A stretch of 64,000 nt of DNA from a virus (lineage: Duplodnaviria > Caudoviricetes), in IMG/VR virus record IMGVR_UViG_3300030330_005136, positions 1-64,000 of that record. One strand, given 5' to 3'. A program made the position numbers and the translations under genes. The notes under the pieces are model-generated. The model was not told where the DNA came from, did not search any database, and was given only the letters and a program-made list of their open reading frames with translations. How positions within the stretch are numbered: position 1 is the stretch's first letter; every line of letters starts with the position of its first letter. This document shows positions 55,963 to 64,000 of this stretch, piece by piece.

Positions 55963-57556
55963 TAGTGGTGAATTATCTTTATTAGGTATAAAAAGAGAAT
56001 TGGAAAATAATAATTATAATTTAAGTTTCAGTTACACGAATATCTCTTTAGAGGATTTATCCGATGGTACGGTAGCTACGATAAATACATCAAATAATTC
56101 TTCGGATAGACCCGATGGTTCTGCTCCTCATGCTATGTCTGAGTTTTATAATTATGACCACGATTTGTCTGGTCTTGGAGATGCGAGTGGACTTGCTGTT
56201 CAATCTCAAACGACCACTGCTGTAACTTTTGTATATACCGAAGGGGCTAATTCAGATCGTACAATAGTAAAATTAACTAATTATAATGGTAGTACAAGTG
56301 GCTTACCCGCAACACTGAATATAAATGGATTCGGTGGTAGTTTTCCCAATCAATTTCAAAATGTTGATGGTAGTGGTACAAGCACTTTTACAGTAACAGG
56401 AGGAACTAGCACTTTTTTCTTGGGTGGAACTGCTGCAAATGTCACTTTATCTGCTAATGATTTTGTTAAGGTAAAGGTTCAGTCAAGTGATGGTAGTAGT
56501 ACAGGAACTCTAACTGGTGAAGTTACTGGATTTACTTTACCAGGTGTACCAACAAGTTTAGGTACAACCAATATTAGTTCTCATGCTATGACCATAGGTT
56601 GGACTGCTCCAACGGGTGGGGTAAATGCTTCTAATGGATACAGATATTATCATGGAACTAACTCCACTGCTACAAATAATTCAGCCGTTGATACTGGTAA
56701 TACGTCAGTAGCACTTACTGGTTTAGATGCAAACACAACTTATTATTGGACTGTTCAAGCAAAAGGGGATGGTGGTGATTTCGGTTCAACTGCTACTCAA
56801 GTTGCCATATCAACCGCGCCAGATTCAGTTGGAACTATTACTGCCATACCTAATATAAATAGTATAACTCTTAGTTGGTCATCGACTCCAGCTGGAACAA
56901 GTGAATATAGAGTTTATTTCGGAACGAATTCTACAGTAACAAGTAATGCTACATCTACTGTAGCTTCTTCCAAAACTGCTGCTACCTTTACAAGTTTAAC
57001 TCAATCAACAACACATTACTTTGGTGTTCAACCTCGAAATTCAGATGGAAATTATGGTGATATTGTAACGGGTAATGCAACCACACTTGCACCAACAACT
57101 TATACTCATCATGTGGGATCGACTTCAAGAGGTTTTAGTGCTATAGCTCTAACAACTTATACGACAACTCATACAGGTGTGGGTTCAGGCACTTCATCTC
57201 TAAGTGACATGATTAGAGTTACGATTGCGAATGGTAATGCCGATGCAGTAACAATCACCACGGATAATCCTACTCCTGCTCTTGGAACTTTTGAATTTCT
57301 TGCTTCTGCCACTGAGGGTGATGTGGTAGGTCCTAGCCCATCAGGTACATTTCAAGCTTTAACCCATAGTTTTAATGTAGGAAATTGGAGTCAAGGTGGT
57401 GTTACTGCTTATTTCTTCAGATTAAAATGGAATCATGGTACACTGCCTGGTTTTGGAACGCAACAAACATCAACTACAGTACGAATCACCACTACAAATA
57501 CAGGTGCGTCACCAGTATCTGGTTTTCTTGATCTAGTAATAAAGGCTTCAGCATAA
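55949..57556 (+). CDS. virion protein with two fibronectin type III domains
   Basis: N-terminus MAVPSSGELSL...APHAMSEFY; PTSL...TIGWTAP...YRYY...LTGLDANTTYYWTVQA and a second similar unit. Confidence 0.8.
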   Translation: MAVPSSGELSLLGIKRELENNNYNLSFSYTNISLEDLSDGTVATINTSNNSSDRPDGSAPHAMSEFYNYDHDLSGLGDASGLAVQSQTTTAVTFVYTEGANSDRTIVKLTNYNGSTSGLPATLNINGFGGSFPNQFQNVDGSGTSTFTVTGGTSTFFLGGTAANVTLSANDFVKVKVQSSDGSSTGTLTGEVTGFTLPGVPTSLGTTNISSHAMTIGWTAPTGGVNASNGYRYYHGTNSTATNNSAVDTGNTSVALTGLDANTTYYWTVQAKGDGGDFGSTATQVAISTAPDSVGTITAIPNINSITLSWSSTPAGTSEYRVYFGTNSTVTSNATSTVASSKTAATFTSLTQSTTHYFGVQPRNSDGNYGDIVTGNATTLAPTTYTHHVGSTSRGFSAIALTTYTTTHTGVGSGTSSLSDMIRVTIANGNADAVTITTDNPTPALGTFEFLASATEGDVVGPSPSGTFQALTHSFNVGNWSQGGVTAYFFRLKWNHGTLPGFGTQQTSTTVRITTTNTGASPVSGFLDLVIKASA

Positions 57557-60498
57557 TGGCAACTTTAGTAAAAACAGGAATAGGTGATGGACAAACTCTA
57601 ACACCAGTAATCATAACTGAACTATATGATGCTTTTACTGGTGACAAGTTATTTGATAATATCATTATAAATAACAGTATGAAAGTTACTCATGATGGTA
57701 AGGTTGCCATAGGACCACCTGGTTCTGATAAAAATACCCCACATCAATTGAATGTCGAAGGAACACTTCAAGCAGATATAGGTAGATTTACAGAATTGAT
57801 AGTAACGAGTCAATCATTCGTTACATCGTCTAATTTGGTTATAAGTGGTTCTAATATATTTGGTACAGTAGCAACAGATTTACATATATTTACTGGATCT
57901 TTACAAGTAAGTGGAAGTGAAAATTTTGATAATTATTTTCTGAATAATGTTGCCATAGGTAAACAAGAAAATACACATAATATATTCGAAGTTCAAGGTA
58001 GTACGACAATATCGAATGCTATCACTGCCAGTGATTTGACCATATCGAACAGTGGTTCATTTGCATATGTAAAAATTAGTGGTGATTTGGAAGTTGATGG
58101 TGACACAACGATTGGTGGTAATCTTACATTTGGTAATGCTCCTACTGATAATATTTCATTTGCTGCTGATATCGATTCTAATTTTATACCAGATGATAAT
58201 GCTACATTTAATTTAGGAAGTTTTGCTCAACAATGGAATAAATTATTTATAACAGATATACAGGCTAATGCTTTAGCTGTTACTAGTTCTGTTTTAACTA
58301 TTGATAGCAGTGGTAATATTAGTTCTAGTATTTCGGCTACAGGTTCATTTGGTTCACTTGTTACACCTGGCATATTAACAGTCGGTGGTTCTACGACAAT
58401 TGGTGGGACATTAGATGTAACTGGTGTAATTAGTTCAAGTGGTGATGTTAATTTTGCGGGAACTGCCTCGTTTGGTAAAATAAATATTACAGATACCATA
58501 TCGATCAATACTGCGTCAATCGATAGTTTAAATGTATCTACCTTACAGATAAATAATCTAACTGGTTCTGTTGATAAAGTATTAGTAACTGATGCCAACA
58601 ACAATCTTAGGTTTGATTTTGCTGATAGAACATCAATAGTTGGTAAAAATTTAACTGGCACTACTATTAGCGCTGGGACACCGATAGTCGTAAGTAGTTT
58701 TGTAGGAACTGATGTGTATGGTGTACAGCCAGCAAGAAATGACATAGAGGCTAGAAGTCCGGCAATAGGAATTGCACAGGAAGATATAGGGGTTGCTGGG
58801 ACAGGTGATGTTATATTAAGTGGTTTAGTTAGAAGTTCTCAACTAGATACCTCTGCTTTTTCAGTTGGAGATGATTTATTTCTTGGTGTATCTCAATTAC
58901 AAAACACAAAACCTACTGGTGCTGGCGTAGAGATCCAATTGATTGGGAGTGTTCTCAGATCATCTGCCACAGATGGTGAGATATTGTTATTATCTGGCGG
59001 TGGCGGTGGTTCATTAGAAGTATTAAACATAGATCATATATTCGTAGGTTCAGGTTCAGTAACAGAAAATCTACATTTATCTGGTGCATTAAATAGAGCT
59101 ACTTTAGACAACGTTACGGCAACTGGTACAGGCTCTTTCGGACATCTAGTCATTAGTGGTAATGTTACAGCTAGTGGGGTGATAAGAGCTGATGCTTTCG
59201 AGTCTGTAACCGAAGGAAGTGCTATTGATTTTCAAGATTCACTAGCCGTATCTGGTAGTATTACGGCACAAGGAAATGTAAGTTCATCACTATCATCAAC
59301 GGCTTCGTTTGGTTTATTGAATTTAAGTGGTATTGAAATAAATCCTGATGGAGTTCAAAGAGATCAAGTATTAAAATTTAACGGAACAGATTTTGTTCCA
59401 GCAGCACCTGATGAAACTTTTGTTTTTACAATTGCCGATTTCGATACTAATGATGGTACAACTCCACAATTAATAGGAACTGGTTCTTGGAAAGCCGCGG
59501 GTGCCCTTACATTTACGGCAACTTATAATAATGGACCACCTGATGGACATAGTGGTGGTTCTGAAGGTGCTCCTAAGATAACCTCTATAATAGATGGTGT
59601 GACTAGTGGTTCAGATATGTTTCCGTTGAGTTCTAGTTTTTCAACCGGAACAAATAATAGAGCCATACTGTTCCCACCAAACAGTAGTGATGATATAAGA
59701 TTTAGATTATTTGCTTCTGCTGGTAGCGATACAGATAATGATTTTTCAGACCAACGGGTATTCTTTTTTAATCAATTTGTATTCGGTGATTCGAGTAAAA
59801 GTGGTAGTTTTAATCAAGCTGATATAAGAGCATTGGCTTCTGCAAATACAATCACCACCAATGATACAACAAGAACTATTTCGGTATCAATCGGTGCCTC
59901 TAATTATTTGAACTTTGCTCATAGAACCGGTGATACAAATGTTACACAAGTATTTTGTGGTAATGATCCGAATCGACTTACAGTTGCCATGGATATAACC
60001 GATGCTACAACTAGAATACCAAAAAGAGAAACAGTCAGTTATATCAATACTGCTGGAAAGACAGAAAACTTTTTTGTGTATTCAAGTAAAGAGCAGAATA
60101 TAGATGCACACTCTACAACTTTTGTGACAAGTACATCATCTCAGATAAAAAATTATACTTATTTTGGAACAGGTTCTTCTTGGACTAACAATGAAGCAAG
60201 CATCGAAGCACTTACTAACAAAACTACGACCATAGATGATGGATCAATTACAGGCAATACTTTAGCTATCGGAACATTTATCAGTAAATTTGTGATTGTA
60301 GCTATTCCAAATCGCTATGGAGATAATAATGTGGATTATCAGTTCAAAGATAATTCTACAAATCTTCCATTTGATTTTACTCAACAATCAGATGTAACAG
60401 TTACCAATGCTGTGGGATTTCAAGAAGACTATAGTGTGTATAGATCAACTAATTTATTAACAATGACGAACGCTACAGTTCTGATAGATACGGTGTAA
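57556..60498 (+). CDS. tail fibre/adhesin protein
   Basis: 980 aa Ser/Gly/Thr-rich with GSFG repeats; AIGIAQEDI...GDVILSG module. Confidence 0.75.
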   Translation: MATLVKTGIGDGQTLTPVIITELYDAFTGDKLFDNIIINNSMKVTHDGKVAIGPPGSDKNTPHQLNVEGTLQADIGRFTELIVTSQSFVTSSNLVISGSNIFGTVATDLHIFTGSLQVSGSENFDNYFLNNVAIGKQENTHNIFEVQGSTTISNAITASDLTISNSGSFAYVKISGDLEVDGDTTIGGNLTFGNAPTDNISFAADIDSNFIPDDNATFNLGSFAQQWNKLFITDIQANALAVTSSVLTIDSSGNISSSISATGSFGSLVTPGILTVGGSTTIGGTLDVTGVISSSGDVNFAGTASFGKINITDTISINTASIDSLNVSTLQINNLTGSVDKVLVTDANNNLRFDFADRTSIVGKNLTGTTISAGTPIVVSSFVGTDVYGVQPARNDIEARSPAIGIAQEDIGVAGTGDVILSGLVRSSQLDTSAFSVGDDLFLGVSQLQNTKPTGAGVEIQLIGSVLRSSATDGEILLLSGGGGGSLEVLNIDHIFVGSGSVTENLHLSGALNRATLDNVTATGTGSFGHLVISGNVTASGVIRADAFESVTEGSAIDFQDSLAVSGSITAQGNVSSSLSSTASFGLLNLSGIEINPDGVQRDQVLKFNGTDFVPAAPDETFVFTIADFDTNDGTTPQLIGTGSWKAAGALTFTATYNNGPPDGHSGGSEGAPKITSIIDGVTSGSDMFPLSSSFSTGTNNRAILFPPNSSDDIRFRLFASAGSDTDNDFSDQRVFFFNQFVFGDSSKSGSFNQADIRALASANTITTNDTTRTISVSIGASNYLNFAHRTGDTNVTQVFCGNDPNRLTVAMDITDATTRIPKRETVSYINTAGKTENFFVYSSKEQNIDAHSTTFVTSTSSQIKNYTYFGTGSSWTNNEASIEALTNKTTTIDDGSITGNTLAIGTFISKFVIVAIPNRYGDNNVDYQFKDNSTNLPFDFTQQSDVTVTNAVGFQEDYSVYRSTNLLTMTNATVLIDTV

Positions 60499-60502
60499 GA
60501 TC

Positions 60503-61972
60503 ATGGGTGTAAAAGTAACAGGACAATTTGAACCAGCTGGTGAATTTTCAATAGTAGATGCTAAGGATGTATCAGGTAATATAACAAGTAGTAATATTCA
60601 ATTATCTGGTAACATAAGTGGTTCAACTACTTCGACTGGTTCATTTGGTAGATTAGAAATTATCGGTAATTCTGTTCTAGGTGGAGATTTAGACTTAACT
60701 GGTAATATAACCATTGGAGATTCTGATACAGACTCATTGACAATAACAGCAGATCTAACATCAAACCTCATACCCAATGCTGATTCAACATTTAATTTAG
60801 GGAGCCCGACTAAAAATTGGAAAGAAGGATATATTGAAGAATTATCCTCTACCAATATAACTGCGAGTGGAAACATAAGTGGTTCTGGCATATCAACGGG
60901 CTCCCTAGCCCATTTACACGTAACTAACAACATTGGTGTGGGCACACTAAGTCCATTAGCAACTGTTCACATAAGTGCTTCCGATGGTATAATAATACCT
61001 GTGGGAACTACATCACAGAGAAGTGGAGATGCTGTTAGGGGTGAGATAAGATTTAATACTGAGATTCAAACCTATGAAGGATATGATGGTAATAATTGGG
61101 GTTCATTGGGTGGAATGACTGATGTTGATAAAGATACACTTATAACTGCTGAAAATTCTGCTGGTGAGGATAATGATGAACTCAAATTCTTTACCGCTGG
61201 TGTTGAAAGATTAAGAATATTTGCTGATGGTCATATCAGTGCAAGTGGAAATATCACTGCAAGTGGGAATATCATTGGAACAAATTTAGTAGCTGATAGT
61301 TCTTCATTTAGTGCTAGAGTAACTGCTGTCACATCAAGTATATCAGAATTAAAAACAGATAGTGGTAGTTTTTCATTAAGAAATACAAACCTTGAAACGA
61401 CAGCAAGTGCCATAATAAATAATTTTGATCAAGTTCAAAGTTTGGGTAAAACTGATAGTGTTGATTTCAACAATATCACAACAACTGGTAATGTGAGTGG
61501 TTCAATGACTTCAACGGGTTCATTTGGTAGAACTATTGCCCAAAGTGGTCGATATTCTGATTTACAAGTTACTGATGATTTGACAGTAACAGATGATGCT
61601 GGTATTGGTGGTGTACTTACAGCAACTGGTGGAACTAAATTAGGTAATGCTTTATCCGATATCCATGAAGTTACAGGATCTTTGACTGTGACAAGTAATA
61701 ATTTAACCGTTGAGAGTAATGGTTCGATAAGTAGCTCTTTGACATCCACTGGTTCATTTGGAATGATAAAAAAAGATGGATTAGATATACGAGAGCATTT
61801 TAGTAGAAATTTAGCGGAAGCATTTGAATTAGATTCAAATGGAGATTTTCAACCATCACCTATGAATAAATACATAGTTGATACCAGATGGGACTTAGAT
61901 GATAATGGAGATTTACAAATGCGGGAAAGAGAACTATGGACTTTATTTCCTGATGATTATTTCTCAGATTAG
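60503..61972 (+). CDS. tail fibre-associated protein
   Basis: TGSFG repeats; IPVGTTSQR...GEIRFNT...EGYDG..WGSLGG fibre motif. Confidence 0.75.
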   Translation: MGVKVTGQFEPAGEFSIVDAKDVSGNITSSNIQLSGNISGSTTSTGSFGRLEIIGNSVLGGDLDLTGNITIGDSDTDSLTITADLTSNLIPNADSTFNLGSPTKNWKEGYIEELSSTNITASGNISGSGISTGSLAHLHVTNNIGVGTLSPLATVHISASDGIIIPVGTTSQRSGDAVRGEIRFNTEIQTYEGYDGNNWGSLGGMTDVDKDTLITAENSAGEDNDELKFFTAGVERLRIFADGHISASGNITASGNIIGTNLVADSSSFSARVTAVTSSISELKTDSGSFSLRNTNLETTASAIINNFDQVQSLGKTDSVDFNNITTTGNVSGSMTSTGSFGRTIAQSGRYSDLQVTDDLTVTDDAGIGGVLTATGGTKLGNALSDIHEVTGSLTVTSNNLTVESNGSISSSLTSTGSFGMIKKDGLDIREHFSRNLAEAFELDSNGDFQPSPMNKYIVDTRWDLDDNGDLQMRERELWTLFPDDYFSD

Positions 61973-61975
61973 TCG

Positions 61976-61983
61976 ATATTTAT
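61976..61983 (+). promoter_or_regulatory. putative late promoter ATATTTAT
   Basis: intergenic, upstream of ATG 62018. Confidence 0.5.
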
Positions 61984-62017
61984 CTATATACCATCAATGT
62001 AACTAGAATGAGAAATT

Positions 62018-62821
62018 ATGTCAACTAGAAATTTTGTACCAAGAAGTGGTTCTGAGGGGCAGATCGGAACATCAGCAAAACCATGGGGGGTGGTTGTTGC
62101 GGATATAGGTCACTTTGCTACCGTAAGTGGAAGTATAAGTGGCTCTGTAGTTTCAACAGGTTCTTTTGGTAGGTTAGAAATAGCTGGAGATTCGAGCCTT
62201 ACCGGTGATGTCTCGATAGGTGGAAACATCAACATAGGAGATGCCGATACAGATTCTCTTACAATTGCTGCAGACCTTACATCTAATCTGATTCCAAATG
62301 TAGATTCGACATTTAATATAGGATCAACTGCAAAGAATTGGAAGATAGGTCATATAGAACAAGTATCATCCACAAATCTTACTGCTTCTGCTGATATCAG
62401 TTCGAGTGGAAATATTTTTGGAACAAATTTATTAGCAGATAGTGCTTCATTTAGCACAAGAATAACTACCGATAGTTCTTCTATTAGTACAAGATTGACG
62501 ACTGAAGAAGCAAATGTCGATGCTCTACAAGTAGACAGTGCAAGTTTTTCAACAAGAATAACTAATCTAAAAACAGATTCAGGTAGTTTTTCTACGAGGG
62601 TAACAAATCTAAAATCAGATTCAGGAAGTTTTTCTGATAGAGTTACATTATCAGAAGCATCAGGTAGTGCGATCTTAGAGGGTGATTTTGTTTTTACAAA
62701 TATCACAGCTAGTGGAAATATCAGTGCTAGTGGAGATATACAATCAGATGGAAGAATTTTTGAACAAGGGACTAGCGTCATAGACCACGCCACGGCTATG
62801 TCAATAGTATTCGGAGGATAA
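62018..62821 (+). CDS. short tail fibre/whisker-like protein with DSxSFSTR coiled repeats
   Basis: shares an approx. 80-aa module with 60503; C-terminus HATAMSIVFGG. Confidence 0.75.
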   Translation: MSTRNFVPRSGSEGQIGTSAKPWGVVVADIGHFATVSGSISGSVVSTGSFGRLEIAGDSSLTGDVSIGGNINIGDADTDSLTIAADLTSNLIPNVDSTFNIGSTAKNWKIGHIEQVSSTNLTASADISSSGNIFGTNLLADSASFSTRITTDSSSISTRLTTEEANVDALQVDSASFSTRITNLKTDSGSFSTRVTNLKSDSGSFSDRVTLSEASGSAILEGDFVFTNITASGNISASGDIQSDGRIFEQGTSVIDHATAMSIVFGG

Positions 62822-62822
62822 T

Positions 62823-63146
62823 ATGGCAAACACATTTAAAAATGCCGCGGTGGCTATTGGAAACACAAACACTACGGTCTATACATGTCCTGCATCAACA
62901 AGTGCTGTGGTTCATGCGGTTTACATCAGTAATGTAGATGGTACTAATGACGCTACAGTGGATGTACTTGTTACAGACAACAGTCAAGGCACTAATTTTC
63001 ACATCATGAAAACAGTCGATGTACCAGCAGACTCTAGTTTGGTGATAGAAAAACCAATAAACTTAGAAGCAAATGATATATTGATATGCAAAGCTTCAGC
63101 TGCTGGTGATCTAGAGGCATTTGCCAGTGTTTTAGAGATTACCTAA
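62823..63146 (+). CDS. small beta-rich virion protein
   Basis: MANTFKNA...TVYTCPA...ISNVDG...LVIEKPINLE pattern common in marine phage fibre loci. Confidence 0.7.
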   Translation: MANTFKNAAVAIGNTNTTVYTCPASTSAVVHAVYISNVDGTNDATVDVLVTDNSQGTNFHIMKTVDVPADSSLVIEKPINLEANDILICKASAAGDLEAFASVLEIT

Positions 63147-63147
63147 T

Positions 63148-64000
63148 ATGGCTGACTTAAAATATATCGGTAAGAATATTTTAACCCATGATCTCATTCT
63201 CAAAAAAGGGAATGTCAGTGGTTCTGCATCCTCTACGGGTTCTTTTGGTAATTTAAAAATCTCAGATAATGCATCTATCACTGGTGATATGGTGGTTGGT
63301 GGTAGACTAACTGCTCAAGAAATACATACAGAGATAGAAAGTGCTTCAATTATATTCACAAGTGGAAGTACAAAGTTTGGTGACACATCAGATGATACCC
63401 ATGAATTTACAGGTTCTATACTTGTAAAGGGTAATCTTACTGCTGAGAACCTAACTGCTGATTCAAGTAGTTTTTCAACAAGAGTAACAAATCTAGTTTC
63501 TGATTCTGCTTCATTCTCAACTAGAATAACAACTGCTGAGACAGAATTAGAAGAAACTATAATAAGTGCTTCTGCTCAGTTAGCAGAAGAGATTAGTGGT
63601 TCGTTTACGGCACCGAGTGCTTCATTATCTACGAGAATAACAAATCTTAAATCAGATAGTGGATCATTTTCAACAAGAATAACTACTGATAGTTCAAGTT
63701 TTTCTACAAGAACAACCACATTAGAAGCAGCCAGTGCTTCATTTTCAACTAGAGTAACAGATTTAAAAACCGATAGTGCATCCTTTTCTTCTAGAATAAC
63801 AACTGCTGAGACAGAATTAGAACTTACTCTAATCAGTGGTTCTGCTCAAATTGCTACACAAATCAGTGGTGCTTTTGATACAGTATCAAGTAGTTTATCC
63901 GATAGATTACAAACTGCTGAAACAGAATTAGAAAATACACTAATCAGTGGATCAGCACAACTTGCTGCTGAAATCAGTGGTGCGTTTACACAAGGTTTTG
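63148..64000 (+). CDS. fibre protein with 14-aa coiled-coil repeats (partial, runs off the window)
   Basis: open from ATG 63148 to the window end: MADLKYIGKN...DSSSFSTRVTNLVSDSASFSTRITTAETELE. Confidence 0.8.
   Translation, partial: MADLKYIGKNILTHDLILKKGNVSGSASSTGSFGNLKISDNASITGDMVVGGRLTAQEIHTEIESASIIFTSGSTKFGDTSDDTHEFTGSILVKGNLTAENLTADSSSFSTRVTNLVSDSASFSTRITTAETELEETIISASAQLAEEISGSFTAPSASLSTRITNLKSDSGSFSTRITTDSSSFSTRTTTLEAASASFSTRVTDLKTDSASFSSRITTAETELELTLISGSAQIATQISGAFDTVSSSLSDRLQTAETELENTLISGSAQLAAEISGAFTQGF

Noticed and set aside
1368-62835. Minus-strand ORFs and nested alternate-frame plus-strand ORFs in the track
   Set aside because: They lie opposite or inside clear plus-strand genes, have no recognisable motifs and no promoter or SD support; treated as shadow ORFs.
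58-64000. Stop-codon reassignment (TAG or TGA recoding), as in some jumbo phages
   Set aside because: Very long genes (up to 3007 aa) are intact under code 11, and TAG and TGA both terminate genes cleanly before the next start.

Overview
This window is a 64-kb slice of a large, AT-rich tailed phage genome (contractile-tail myovirus, probably a jumbo phage of a diderm host). Essentially all genes are on the + strand and use the standard code. Bases 1-12 kb are an early/accessory region driven by repeated sigma70-type promoters. It holds a MoxR/CbbQ-type AAA ATPase, a secreted TonB C-terminal domain, a HAD phosphatase, a GIY-YIG-like protein, a 2[4Fe-4S] ferredoxin, DUF4385, PhoH, a tmRNA, an HNH protein and many microproteins. 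Bases 12-40 kb carry a gp55-like late sigma factor followed by the baseplate operon (gp5-like, gp25-like, gp6-like and large wedge proteins). A self-contained three-gene type IV pilin/pseudopilin cassette behind a sigma54-type promoter sits at 40.2-41.9 kb. Bases 41.9-46.9 kb encode a RuvC-like resolvase, a primase and an Mre11-Rad50 (SbcD-SbcC) fusion. Bases 46.9-64 kb are tail-fibre/adhesin genes. The strongest leads are: (1) the phage-borne sigma54-driven pilin trio, possibly co-regulated with the TonB-domain gene as an envelope-remodelling or superinfection-exclusion system; (2) a tmRNA with an apparent 42-codon tag; (3) an ATATTTAT late-promoter motif that appears to produce leaderless mRNAs; (4) blue-copper-like and HiPIP-like metal motifs inside baseplate-operon proteins. 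All family assignments come from motifs recognised by eye, not from database searches.
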